A DNA stretch of 64,000 nucleotides. Source: a virus. The translations under genes and the position numbers were made by a program. Where the stretch lies: positions 32,571-96,570 of the IMG/VR virus record IMGVR_UViG_3300034072_001395; one strand, 5' to 3'. Below are positions 18,367-27,372 of this stretch, one piece after another (within the stretch, counting starts at the first letter, position 1; every line of letters starts with the position of its first letter). Below the pieces are notes generated by a model, which was given only the letters and a program-made list of their open reading frames with translations, ran no database searches and was not told the DNA's origin.

Positions 18367-18827
18367 TTCCACTGTACCTCCAGAATGGAACGGAGTTCTT
18401 CGCCCGCCGCGGCGCAGGGCTCTTGACACGCAACCCACGCATCTCCACGGCGGCCAAGTGCTTCGTCGTGCGCGGAGATCGTAGCAACGACATACGGGGT
18501 CATCTGGAAGTGGTCGCGCAGGTAAGCGTCAGTCATCACCCGCTCAAGGGAGCCCACTGCTCGATCCAGAGCGAGGTACACCGCGAAAGCATCAGCGTAA
18601 GCCCTGAGCGCCTCGGAGATGACGTGCCCTGGCGTGACAAGGCGGATGCCCTTCGGTGTCGCGCGCTGCTGGCAGTACGGATCGAGGAGGCCGGCGTTGA
18701 GCAGCGCGATCCGTGTGCCCACCGCCATGCGAGGGCAGGTGCCGAGGGCGCGGAACAGCAAGGCGCGCTTCTGGCCGCGGGTCAGCGTTATGCCGTCGAT
18801 GTCGAGGACTTCTTCGATGGTCGGCAT
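18363..18827 (-). CDS. winged-helix-like + helical domain protein, paralog 3
   Basis: VLDIDGITLTRGQKRALL..ALG...LLNAGLL...ATPKGIRLVTPG..IS..LRAYA...ELRSIL. Confidence 0.7.
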   Translation of the reverse strand: MPTIEEVLDIDGITLTRGQKRALLFRALGTCPRMAVGTRIALLNAGLLDPYCQQRATPKGIRLVTPGHVISEALRAYADAFAVYLALDRAVGSLERVMTDAYLRDHFQMTPYVVATISAHDEALGRRGDAWVACQEPCAAAGEELRSILEVQWK

Positions 18828-19282
18828 TAGAGGATCTCCCGAAGTTCTGCGAGAGCCACATCACGCGCGCTGCGGCACTTGTCAAGGGCCGCCTCGTACT
18901 TCGCGTGCTCGGCGGTCACAAGCGCGGAGAGCTGCGCGCTCGTGAGGTCGGGGAGGAGCCAGATCCGTCCTGCTTTGCTCCACTCGTGTGCGGCGGCGAC
19001 GTATGCGTCGTGCGCGATGGACCACTGGATGAGCGACCACGGTAAGGCAGCGTCAGGCTGCAAGCAGCGAGCGCCGAGGGGTGAGACCGTCAAGCAGCAG
19101 CTCTCGTAGTAGCACAGGAGGCCCTTGCGCAGAAGCGCGTCGACCACCTGCTGTTTGTAGCGCACAGGCGCGCCAGTTGCAAGGTCGCGCAGGAGCGTCA
19201 CCTGCGCCGCCGACAGTTTGATGCCCGTGGTGTCGAGGTGCTCGCGGGCGCGCTCCTTCAAGTCGTTGGCGATCTTGTCCAT
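18827..19282 (-). CDS. winged-helix-like + helical domain protein, paralog 2
   Basis: HLDTTGIKLSAAQVTLLRDLATG...ALLRKGLL...VSPLGARCLQP...ELREIL. Confidence 0.7.
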   Translation of the reverse strand: MDKIANDLKERAREHLDTTGIKLSAAQVTLLRDLATGAPVRYKQQVVDALLRKGLLCYYESCCLTVSPLGARCLQPDAALPWSLIQWSIAHDAYVAAAHEWSKAGRIWLLPDLTSAQLSALVTAEHAKYEAALDKCRSARDVALAELREIL

Positions 19283-19716
19283 CAGGTGTTCTCCTTCAGA
19301 AGGTGCGCCCGCAGAGCCTCGACCATGCGCGCCTCGGCCTCGGCGGCGAGAACGCGCATCGCTTCGTGCGCTGCGGCAGCCGCTTCGATCGCGTCGAGCA
19401 GCGTCGGAGTGAAGTTCTCCCGGTCGTTGGCGTAGTCGTTCACGCCCGTGAGCGTGTGGCCCGTCTCCCAGTGAAGCGATGCGGCATCGAACCACGCCTT
19501 GTAGGCGCGTGTGCCCGTGAAGTCGCGGGCCACCATGCCCAGGCCGAGCGATGTGAGCATCCAGGGCGGTGACTTGTCGTAGCGCCCGCGCTGGATCAGG
19601 CCGGCGTCGATCAGCTTGTGGCGCACGGCCCGCGGGATGCCGACCAGCATGCCGGTGAGGGCCACTTTGCGCAGATCCTCGATGAGGTGCCCGTGGGCGG
19701 CGGTGTTCTTGTTCAT
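19282..19716 (-). CDS. winged-helix-like + helical domain protein, paralog 1 (divergent)
   Basis: LRKVALTG...KLIDAGLI...LTSLG...ALRAHL; GGAG RBS. Confidence 0.6.
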   Translation of the reverse strand: MNKNTAAHGHLIEDLRKVALTGMLVGIPRAVRHKLIDAGLIQRGRYDKSPPWMLTSLGLGMVARDFTGTRAYKAWFDAASLHWETGHTLTGVNDYANDRENFTPTLLDAIEAAAAAHEAMRVLAAEAEARMVEALRAHLLKENT

Positions 19717-20033
19717 GGCGGCTGCATCTCCAGTGATGACACACATCGCATAGCCGGCCGAGCGTCCGAGCGCAAGGGGGCGCCCCAGCGAAACAGGTTG
19801 AACGAACCATCCAGCCCTATGGCAGCCCCCCATGCGCAAACACTCGAACCACCTGGCAACTCCTACCCTCACCGGCTCGAACGGGTCATGCAAGGGCCAG
19901 ATAGCCAGGCGAGACTCGGTGCGAGAACATTCAGCATCCAACCGCCATCAGGCGCAACAAGACCACCGCACACCCCCGCAACATCACACGCCTGGGGACG
20001 TTCCATAACGGACAACTTCGCCCGTCAGTCGTC

Positions 20034-20179
20034 GAGAACGTAGCATCGGTCAACGATCTCGTCACCGGAAGGCGCCAAACGGCCGTTCGGGCGCGGAAAG
20101 TGGGTCCGTAGACCTACGGATGACAAGAAGTACGTTCGGCGAGAACGTCGTATCGGTCAACGATCTCACCACTCGGCTG
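20034..20179 (+). repeat. dispersed GATC-rich intergenic element, locus 2 (two direct copies)
   Basis: GAGAACG....ATCGGTCAACGATCTC at 20034-20060 and exact 24-mer at 20150-20173; 20116-20179 matches reverse complement of 37489-37552 at 55/64. Confidence 0.95.
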
Positions 20180-20894
20180 TGTCGCGGTGCTCGCAAAAAG
20201 CCCCTTGGAGGAAGGAGGCACATGGTGACCGCGATGCGCGGTACTTGTGGCTGTAGAGTATGAGCCGGATACCGCACACCGGCCGTCAGGTGCGTAGGTG
20301 GTTCGCCCGATGTGGGTGGGCTATCGGCAGGTAGGCGGGTGGGCGGGTGGTCGGTGGGACATATGTAACTGGAGTTGGCTGGAGAATGACACATAGCAAA
20401 CGGAAGGGGTCGTGTACCCCCCGCGCGTGTGTCGCGGGGGGACCGCCCCGGGGGCCCTTGAGCTGGCGCATCGTCGATGCCCCCATCGGTGTCATCGCTG
20501 GGGGAGGTGGGGGGTGTCCCTCTCACCCGGGGGGTGGGCGGACATCCCCTCTCCCCGCGCATGACCGGACGGTCATCATGCAACGGGCGCGCGGGGCGGC
20601 CCCTCCCTTGAGGGGGGCAGACTCACCCGATGACACCGGGCGCGGCGCGGCGGGAGCTCCGGTGTTCGGGAGGCCCGGGCAGACTCACCCGTGGTCGACG
20701 GTTCGGGGCGCCTGTCAGGGGACAGGGAGGGGAGGCAGGGAGGGGGGCGCTTGTGGTAGCTGCCCCGGCGGCGGGCGCCTTGCCCCGAACGCGAAAAGCC
20801 CCCCGGCGCGTGAGCACCGAGGGGCCTACAGGGCGGGCGGCTATGTCGGGCGGGCGAGGGTACCGGCTACCAGGGAGGCGCGCTCCTTGCCCCC

Positions 20895-21389
20895 TTAGCG
20901 CCCGATGCGCGGCCCGTCCGTCCGGCGCACCAGCTCCGCCACCGACGGGCGAGCGGCCCGAATCCAGGCGCCCCCGATGGCGAGGGCTGCCACGTAGCCC
21001 GCCACGGTGAAGCCCGTACCAGCGGCAAGCTCCAGCATCGTCCACGGGGCGAGCCAAACGGCCAGCGTCAACGCGAGGGCGCCCGCCCGATCCGTCTGAC
21101 GGTCCGCGGCGAGGGCGGCCCGGCGGGCGGAGCGGGTGACAGTCTCCCCGATGGCGCGGGTGAGGGTCAGCGCGGCGCGCCCGGCGCGGGTGAGGCTGCC
21201 CCGGTTGATGCGGATCGACCCGATGACCCGCTGACCCTTCGCGCCCACCTTCGACCGGCGCGAGACAACAACGGCAATCTCAAGCCCGTCACAAGCGCGG
21301 GTGAGGATCGATGCGACAATCGCCAGCGCGGCGATCGGGAAGGCGAGCAGGTACGCGAGGGACAGAGCGAAGAGGGCGGGGAGGAACAT
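20895..21389 (-). CDS. putative membrane protein
   Basis: MFLPALFALSLAYLLAFPIAALAIV plus two C-terminal hydrophobic segments; weak RBS. Confidence 0.5.
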   Translation of the reverse strand: MFLPALFALSLAYLLAFPIAALAIVASILTRACDGLEIAVVVSRRSKVGAKGQRVIGSIRINRGSLTRAGRAALTLTRAIGETVTRSARRAALAADRQTDRAGALALTLAVWLAPWTMLELAAGTGFTVAGYVAALAIGGAWIRAARPSVAELVRRTDGPRIGR

Positions 21390-21489
21390 CGGCGGGATCC
21401 TGTGTCGGTTCGGGGTGCCCACACTGTCTATCGAGCTTCCATGGATTGTCCAGCCTGTTTTATAGATAGCTGCACTATCCGTAGGAGGG

Positions 21490-21528
21490 TGTTTCATGCA
21501 ATGTTTCACCGTGTTTCACCGTGAAACA
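21490..21528. repeat. TGTTTCA repeats ending in parS-like palindrome TGTTTCAC-C-GTGAAACA
   Basis: TGTTTCA at 21490, 21502 and 21512; 21512-21528 is consensus parS TGTTTCACGTGAAACA with one extra central base. Confidence 0.6.
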
Positions 21529-21738
21529 TGCAAGTAGATCCCCGTACAGTCTACGATCCGATCCGCAAGGCGGACAGATTCTGTCCGGGCCCGTCCATCG
21601 GGCGGGCGGGCTCGAGCTTCGCCCGGAGTGACAGATATAGCGGTGTCGGTGGCGGCCTGGTCGATCGGCTACGATCCGCATGAATAGCGCACCTTAGAAG
21701 TTTTTTCGGAAAGTTAGAGGTTTCGGGGTCGATTCTAC

Positions 21739-21767
21739 TTGGCACGGGGCGTAGCGTTGACTATGCT
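21739..21767 (+). promoter_or_regulatory. sigma70-like early promoter
   Basis: TTGGCA-N17-TATGCT preceded by an AT-rich tract; heads the small-gene cluster. Confidence 0.65.
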
Positions 21768-21836
21768 TTGTGTGTCGGCGGGCGGCGCCCCCGACAGATT
21801 GACCGGCTCCCCTCCCCCTCCCTACAGGATGCCCCG

Positions 21837-22112
21837 ATGACCTTCGCGCCCGATACCGTCGAATACTGCCTCATCACCGCCCGCGGCTTCACCGCCTCCC
21901 CCGCGGGCGACGCCCTGACCGCCCCGAACGGCTGCCACGTCTCCTGCCCCGTCTCCATCGTTGACGGGCACGTCAACGTCACCGGCCCCGATGGGAACGA
22001 TGTGGAAGACGTGCGCGTTCCCGTCTTTCCCGAAACTGCCCCGGGCGCGGTCGCGGTCTTCGTCGCCATGGCGACCCGCAAGGCCGCTGACATCATGCGC
22101 GCCCGGCGCTGA
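21837..22112 (+). CDS. small early hypothetical protein
   Basis: AGGA RBS; first gene after promoter. Confidence 0.6.
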   Translation: MTFAPDTVEYCLITARGFTASPAGDALTAPNGCHVSCPVSIVDGHVNVTGPDGNDVEDVRVPVFPETAPGAVAVFVAMATRKAADIMRARR

Positions 22113-22292
22113 CCTGCCCCTCTGCCCGGCCGGCCCCTGCCCCGGTCCGGTCGGGCTCCCCCTCCCACGTTTGGGCCCGCCCGCCGGACCGCCGGGTAGC
22201 TTATCGAGCTATTCGACGGTCCGCCCGGCCCGCCCGGCCGACACGGGTGCGCAATACCGCGCACCCTCCCCTGTAGATACTGGAGTGTCGCC

Positions 22293-22502
22293 ATGTCCGG
22301 TAAGGCTTTCAAGCGCGCGATCCGCGCGGCGGTCAACGTCACCCGCGAGAACATCGCCTATGAGGCGGAGCAGGCCGAACACGCGGCCCGTTGCGCGCAG
22401 TCTCGCGCGGACATGGACGAGGCCCGGCGGGCTGCGGCCTTCGACGCTTCGGCCGAATGGCGCGCGGAGAACGCCGTGCGAGACTTCTACTACTTCGCCT
22501 GA
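22293..22502 (+). CDS. small early hypothetical protein
   Basis: TGGAGTGTC leader. Confidence 0.7.
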   Translation: MSGKAFKRAIRAAVNVTRENIAYEAEQAEHAARCAQSRADMDEARRAAAFDASAEWRAENAVRDFYYFA

Positions 22503-22529
22503 CCCTTGCGCCCCTGGTGCGGGCGCCCC

Positions 22530-22563
22530 TTGACCGGCCGGTCTGTTCCGGTCGGCCGGTCAA
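22530..22563 (+). other. intergenic stem-loop (possible RNA processing site)
   Basis: TTGACCGGCCG...CGGCCGGTCAA perfect 11-bp arms. Confidence 0.65.
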
Positions 22564-22628
22564 CGGGCTATCGCGCCCATGCTGAACACTCGTTCAGGCC
22601 AGACCGACCTGGCCTAAAGGATGCTGCT

Positions 22629-22952
22629 ATGTCTCGCTTCGGCCGCAAGCCCTCCCCCCTGCTCACGCTCCCCCGCCCGCCGACGCCCTACCCGGAGCAG
22701 TCTTTCATCACGCTGGACGGTCGCGCCGTCTGGCACACGACGGTCGAGGCGCCGTGGTCCGGCCGCACGGCCAGCGGCTACGGCGCCCGGATCCCCACGT
22801 CTCGCGCCGTCTTCGACGGGCACCGCTGGCGGCGCGTCAAGGTCGCTGTGTGGTCGAATAGCGGATCGCCCTATGTCGGGCGAGACCTCCGCTCCGGGCG
22901 CAGCGTCGGCGGCTTCTTTGTCGCCGGTGATCCCGGCTACCTCGCCCCGTAG
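22629..22952 (+). CDS. conserved phage early protein
   Basis: TASGYGARIPT......RWRRV....WSNSG..Y motif, recalled from early genes of other tailed phages. Confidence 0.7.
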   Translation: MSRFGRKPSPLLTLPRPPTPYPEQSFITLDGRAVWHTTVEAPWSGRTASGYGARIPTSRAVFDGHRWRRVKVAVWSNSGSPYVGRDLRSGRSVGGFFVAGDPGYLAP

Positions 22953-22964
22953 GGGCGTCCCCGC

Positions 22965-22980
22965 TCCCCCCTTCGGGGGG
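22965..22980 (+). terminator. GC hairpin with UUCG loop
   Basis: C-run, TTCG, G-run just after stop codon; no U tract. Confidence 0.45.
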
Positions 22981-22988
22981 CCCCGCGC

Positions 22989-23030
22989 TTGACGTAGCGG
23001 CCGGGTTTGTGCGCTCGCCTGCTACGTCAA
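22989..23030 (+). other. intergenic stem-loop (possible RNA processing site)
   Basis: TTGACGTAGC...GCTACGTCAA arms. Confidence 0.65.
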
Positions 23031-23094
23031 CCCCGGCGCCCGCCGGCTGCAAGGGCCGTCGCCCTTGCCCCTCACACTGTATGGAGTGTCCACA

Positions 23095-23520
23095 ATGCGC
23101 GGATCTGTCGCTTCCCTCCTCGTTACCTTCAATCGCATGACCGCCAGCCGGCCGGATCTCCGCGCCGCGGACGTGGTCAAGACCCTCGTCGACCGCCTGC
23201 CCCACGGGTCCGGCTTCGACGCCCCGCCGACGGTCGAGATCCGCCCCGCCCGCCGCAAGGGCGCCCCGCCTGAGCTGCGGATCGCGGTCCCCTTTCACCG
23301 GATGAACGATGCCGGGTTCTACGTGGGATGGGTCGAGTACCGGATCGCCGTCTACCCCGCGTGGGACGGCGGGATCGACCTGACGATCCGGGGGCCCGAC
23401 GCTGACGGGTTGCGGGAGTATGTCGAGACCACGTACTTCAACACTTTGAGCGAACCCGCTGACGCTGACTACATCCCGGGCGAGGGCTGGCGCCTGCTGC
23501 CCCTCCCCGCCGACGGGTAG
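23095..23520 (+). CDS. conserved phage early protein
   Basis: LPHGSGFD...FHRMNDAGFYVGW...I.LTI.G...REY motif; GGAGTGTCCACAATG leader. Confidence 0.75.
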   Translation: MRGSVASLLVTFNRMTASRPDLRAADVVKTLVDRLPHGSGFDAPPTVEIRPARRKGAPPELRIAVPFHRMNDAGFYVGWVEYRIAVYPAWDGGIDLTIRGPDADGLREYVETTYFNTLSEPADADYIPGEGWRLLPLPADG

Positions 23521-23566
23521 CCCGCCCGCCGGCTGCCCCGCCCTGCCCCTCCCGGGGGCCCCGAGC

Positions 23567-23601
23567 TTACCCGCCGGTCCGACCTTCGGATCGACGGGTA
23601 A
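23567..23601 (+). other. intergenic stem-loop
   Basis: TTACCCG.CGGTCCGA...TCGGATCG.CGGGTAA. Confidence 0.6.
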
Positions 23602-23643
23602 CCCCGGCGCCCCGCCGGACCCGCCCACCTATGGAGATATCCC

Positions 23644-23868
23644 ATGCCCTCCCCGATCCGCTTTGACGTGTACCGCTCCGATCGCCACGGGCCCGCCCTC
23701 GCCGCTGACGGTTGGCCCGATGTCACCCGCGCCCGCGCCGCCCGCGCCCGCCGGCTGAGCTACGCGCGCGCCGTCAAGGTCGACCGTGCGATCGCCGCGG
23801 CCGCCGGCGCCGTGGCCGTCGGGGCTGAGCTTCCCCGCCGGGCCGGCCGCCGGGGCGATCGGATCTGA
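23644..23868 (+). CDS. small early hypothetical protein
   Basis: ATGGAG RBS. Confidence 0.6.
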   Translation: MPSPIRFDVYRSDRHGPALAADGWPDVTRARAARARRLSYARAVKVDRAIAAAAGAVAVGAELPRRAGRRGDRI

Positions 23869-23884
23869 GGATCTTTCGGCCGGA

Positions 23885-23916
23885 CGCTTGACGGTATCCG
23901 GCCGATAGAGTAAGAT
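23885..23916 (+). promoter_or_regulatory. sigma70-like promoter
   Basis: TTGACG-N17-TAAGAT; 18-mer CGCTTGACGGTATCCGGC duplicated at 26030-26047. Confidence 0.75.
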
Positions 23917-23999
23917 AGCAACGTAACCCGGGCGCTCCGCCGCCCCCCTCCCCTCCCCGCCGCCGGCCGGTCTGCCGGCACCCCGTAGGAGTGTCCACA

Positions 24000-24371
24000 A
24001 TGCCCCGCAAGCCCGACCCCCGCGCCGCCGTCGCGCGGATCCTCAACGCCCCCCGCCGCCACACCGATCACATCATGGGCGTGGTCGACGGGAAGATCGC
24101 CGTCATCGCCCGCCTGACGTGGTCGCTCCCGAAGGACGGCATGGGCCCGCTCCGGGTCGCCGTCTGGAGCTGGGGCCCCGACGGGGGCGCCGCGTGCGAC
24201 GGGCCTCAGGTCGGCAGCGCCTCCGGGTGCGGCTACGATAAGGAGACCGCCGCCCTCACCGGCTTGACGATCGGGGGCGTGGAGCTGGGCGATCACTGCG
24301 ACCACCGCGGCCGCCCCCGGCTGGAGACCGTCTGCAACGAGCGCGGGTGGTGCTGGGTCCGCGGCCGATAG
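24000..24371 (+). CDS. conserved early hypothetical protein
   Basis: GSASGCGYDKETAA motif; GGAGTGTCCACAATG leader. Confidence 0.7.
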   Translation: MPRKPDPRAAVARILNAPRRHTDHIMGVVDGKIAVIARLTWSLPKDGMGPLRVAVWSWGPDGGAACDGPQVGSASGCGYDKETAALTGLTIGGVELGDHCDHRGRPRLETVCNERGWCWVRGR

Positions 24372-24523
24372 CAGTTACCCACGGCGAACGGCGCCCGCCG
24401 ACAAACGGCGCCGGCACGGTCTGTATCGGAGGTCTGCCGCGTGGTGCGGCGACCGCCGGTGTAGTCCGCCCCGCGGCTGTACGATGCCGCATAGGTCCGG
24501 GGTATGGGCCGGGAGAGAGATTG

Positions 24524-24928
24524 ATGGATGACCGCCGCCCTGTTTGGGGCCTGTACGCGCACCACGTCGCCGCCCACCCGCGCGGATACTGGCCGGAACA
24601 CGTCGAGGTCCTGCTCGTGGACCGCGCCTTCAACGGCGGCGGCGTCATGGACGCATGCGCCGCGTTCTACGCCGACCCGACGACGGGCAAGGCTCAGGGG
24701 GACCCGACGGATCCGGGGGAGTGTTCCGCCGCCGAACGTCCCTACACCGTCCATGACGGCACGATCGATGACGCCGGCATCCTGACCCCCGGCCCCGCCT
24801 TCCGCCCGCTCCCCCTCCCCCCGTCCGTCCGCCGGGCGCGCGACTGGCCCACCGCCATGCGCGCCGCGACCGGGAAGCGGACCCTGCCCCGCCTGCTCCG
24901 CGCCGCGCGGGAGGTGACCCGTGCCTGA
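24524..24928 (+). CDS. hypothetical protein
   Basis: GGAG RBS; overlaps next gene. Confidence 0.6.
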   Translation: MDDRRPVWGLYAHHVAAHPRGYWPEHVEVLLVDRAFNGGGVMDACAAFYADPTTGKAQGDPTDPGECSAAERPYTVHDGTIDDAGILTPGPAFRPLPLPPSVRRARDWPTAMRAATGKRTLPRLLRAAREVTRA

Positions 24929-25292
24929 GTTCTACGTCATCCGCTACACTGAGCGATACCCCGCTCCCCCCGATGACGCCGACGACGCCGACGACGGGTG
25001 CCCGGATCCCGAGGTCGACGGGCCGGAAGAGATCCCGATCGACCTCGACGAGCTGGACCTCGACGATGCCGACGGCTTCCGCGACGCCGTGCGCGAGGTC
25101 GGCCGCGCCGTCGACGTGTGCGGCGAGCCGTCCTGCCTGCCGCTCCCGGCCGGGGATCTGGACCACGTCTGGGTCACGGGTGAGGGGAGCATGGACCCCC
25201 GCACGGGCGAGACTGAGCGCCCCAGCTTCCACCGCGGCACCGTCCCCGGCCCTTTGTGGGCCGCCTTCCTCCGCCACCGCTTTGTCAAGTGA
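24921..25292 (+). CDS. acidic hypothetical protein
   Basis: GGAGG RBS; Asp/Glu-rich N-terminal half. Confidence 0.65.
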   Translation: MPEFYVIRYTERYPAPPDDADDADDGCPDPEVDGPEEIPIDLDELDLDDADGFRDAVREVGRAVDVCGEPSCLPLPAGDLDHVWVTGEGSMDPRTGETERPSFHRGTVPGPLWAAFLRHRFVK

Positions 25293-25303
25293 GGACATTC
25301 ACC

Positions 25304-25537
25304 ATGCTGAACCCCGATGATCTGACCTTGCGCAAGGGCGCCGTCAGCGTTGACCTCTACTGCGGCGATCGCGTGATCGCGCGTGACCTGCTCGACACGG
25401 CGGCCGCGGAAGACGCCGTGTTTGACGCCCTCGTCTCGGCCGGCATGACGCGCGGGCCAGCAAGCACCGCCGCCCGTCGGCGGGTGCGAGACGAGGAGGC
25501 GCGCCTGACCGCGCTGTACCCGCCGCCCGCCGAGTAG
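25304..25537 (+). CDS. hypothetical protein
   Basis: GAGGA RBS. Confidence 0.6.
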   Translation: MLNPDDLTLRKGAVSVDLYCGDRVIARDLLDTAAAEDAVFDALVSAGMTRGPASTAARRRVRDEEARLTALYPPPAE

Positions 25538-25662
25538 CCCCCACCGCGCCCGCCTCGCCCCCTCCCCCACGCCGGGGGAGGGCGTGACACCGGCCCCTCT
25601 CCCCTCCCTCTCCCCGTGCGAGGGGGGCCGCTTTCACGCCCTCGCCTATCTGGAGTGCCCCT

Positions 25663-26013
25663 ATGCCCTCGCCTGGCTTTACCTGCCCCTCCCCCGTCGC
25701 CCGCGCCGCGCTTCGGCGCTGGCTCGCCGCCCTCCCCGCCGGCCGCCGCGCCCGGCTCGACGCCGACGATCTGCCGGGCTGGTACGATGCCGATCTTGGG
25801 GAGCTGCTCGCCGGCTGGCCGGACGGCGGCGCCCTTCGGACCTGCCCCGCGTGCCGGGGCACGGGCTGGGCCGTGGCGGGCGCCGTGGCGGGCGAGGTCG
25901 GCGGTGAGGTCTGCCCGATCTGCGACGGTGAGCGGGTGCAGGTCTACACCGGGTCTGACGCCGTGATCTTGGGGATCACTGAGGCCGATCGGGCCGCCGC
26001 GCTGGCCGACTGA
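25663..26013 (+). CDS. protein with DnaJ-type Zn-finger motifs
   Basis: CPACRGTG...CPICDG; TGGAGTG leader. Confidence 0.65.
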   Translation: MPSPGFTCPSPVARAALRRWLAALPAGRRARLDADDLPGWYDADLGELLAGWPDGGALRTCPACRGTGWAVAGAVAGEVGGEVCPICDGERVQVYTGSDAVILGITEADRAAALAD

Positions 26014-26029
26014 GATTGTTTGCGGGTAT

Positions 26030-26061
26030 CGCTTGACGGTATCCGGCTGGAATGATAAGTA
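26030..26061 (+). promoter_or_regulatory. sigma70-like promoter (copy of 23885 element)
   Basis: TTGACG followed by AT-rich GAATGATAAGTAAAC in the -10 region. Confidence 0.6.
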
Positions 26062-26113
26062 AACAGTGTCCCCCGCCGGCCGCAACGCCGGCCACCTGAG
26101 AGGAGAGACCGCC

Positions 26114-26386
26114 ATGACGTATGCGATGATCCATATCCCCGGCGACTGCCGCACCCCCACGGGGCGCCTCGCGCCGGCCGCCCGGAAGCGCATCGTGCGC
26201 GCCCTCGCCCGCCGCTGGGGCGCGAACCCCACCACCGGCGCGCACCTCGTCGGGGTGCGCAACGGGACCGTGACCGTGGCGTGCTCGGACTTCCACGCCG
26301 GGCAGGGATACAACCTGCGCGACGCGCTGGAGGCCGTCACGGTCGCCGCCCTCGCCGGCGGCCGGCGGGAGGTGTCCGATGTCTGA
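26114..26386 (+). CDS. hypothetical protein
   Basis: GAGGAG RBS. Confidence 0.6.
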   Translation: MTYAMIHIPGDCRTPTGRLAPAARKRIVRALARRWGANPTTGAHLVGVRNGTVTVACSDFHAGQGYNLRDALEAVTVAALAGGRREVSDV

Positions 26387-26708
26387 GGTCACCCTGACGG
26401 TTTACGACGCGGGCCGCCCCTGGATCTTGCGGGTTGTCCCGCAGGGCGGCCGCTACGGCCTCGACGACTGCCTGACGTGGGATGATCCGTCGCCCCTCGT
26501 GGAGTTCTACGATGCGCGCGGCATCGACCGCTTCGGCCCGCGCGGTCAGTTCGCCAGCCGCTACCGGCTGGCGGAGCTGGCCGGCCACGAGGGCGGCCTG
26601 CTCCTGCACGGCGGCGTGCCGGAATGGTCCGTGTCCGCCGAGACCGTGAGCATCGCCGTGGGCCTCGCCCGCAACGTGGCTGAGGGCCTGGAGGTGGCCG
26701 ATGTCTGA
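26379..26708 (+). CDS. conserved phage/plasmid hypothetical protein
   Basis: G.RYGL.DCLT....PLVEFYD...GQF.SRY....L...GL.L.GGVPEW motif. Confidence 0.7.
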   Translation: MSEVTLTVYDAGRPWILRVVPQGGRYGLDDCLTWDDPSPLVEFYDARGIDRFGPRGQFASRYRLAELAGHEGGLLLHGGVPEWSVSAETVSIAVGLARNVAEGLEVADV

Positions 26709-26946
26709 GCCGTACAACCGCCCGTGTGACCCGGGCTTCAACCCCCGCCTGCCCCACGTCGTCCGGGTCGACGCCCGCTGCTACGTCGTCGCGCGGCAGG
26801 ATCCTACCGACCCCCGCGTCTGGTGCGCGAACGCGGGGAAGTACGGCACGGCGTACGGCCGACTGCCCGACCTCCCCACGCTGGCCGGCGTGCGCGTCTT
26901 CCGGTGCGCGCCGCCCGCGCAACGCTACCTCGACGGGGGCTTGTGA
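26701..26946 (+). CDS. hypothetical protein
   Basis: GGAGG RBS; coupled. Confidence 0.6.
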   Translation: MSEPYNRPCDPGFNPRLPHVVRVDARCYVVARQDPTDPRVWCANAGKYGTAYGRLPDLPTLAGVRVFRCAPPAQRYLDGGL

Positions 26947-27359
26947 TGCCTGCGACCCTGCCTGACCGACTGCGCTTCACGCGCTACGCCGACGCCCGGC
27001 ACGCCGTCGACACCGCCGCCGACGTGCGGGATGTCGCGGATGGCCTGGCCGAAGACTTCGGCCTGCTCGTCGAGGCCCTCGACGACTTGGCCGACGAGGT
27101 CGAGGCCGTCCGCAAGGAGGGTGACGACGCCGTCGCCGCCGTCGAGGCGAAGTACGCCGACGCGGCGGCCGCCGTCAAGGCTGCCGAGGAGCCGCTTCAG
27201 CGGCAGATCGCGGACCTCGAACACGAGCTGCGCCGGACGCTGACCCGTCGTAACGATCTCCTGCGCCGTCTGGCGAAGGAGGTCAAGGCCGCCCGAAAGG
27301 ACCCGACGCTCTGCCTCGATCGCATCGACGCGATCCTGGCAACCCACCTCGCCGGCTGA
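26946..27359 (+). CDS. coiled-coil hypothetical protein
   Basis: TGATG coupling; heptad pattern. Confidence 0.65.
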   Translation: MPATLPDRLRFTRYADARHAVDTAADVRDVADGLAEDFGLLVEALDDLADEVEAVRKEGDDAVAAVEAKYADAAAAVKAAEEPLQRQIADLEHELRRTLTRRNDLLRRLAKEVKAARKDPTLCLDRIDAILATHLAG

Positions 27360-27372
27360 GAGGCCCCCCGCC

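Noticed and set aside
20062-20583. ORFs sharing the peptide VVRSLTDT (also in 7236-8660 and 58317-58616)
   Set aside because: Incidental translation of the DNA repeat; no RBS or further protein similarity
19720-21760. tRNA or known structured RNA in the large intergenic region
   Set aside because: No cloverleaf or T-loop/CCA pattern found by eye; an Infernal/Rfam scan is needed to be sure
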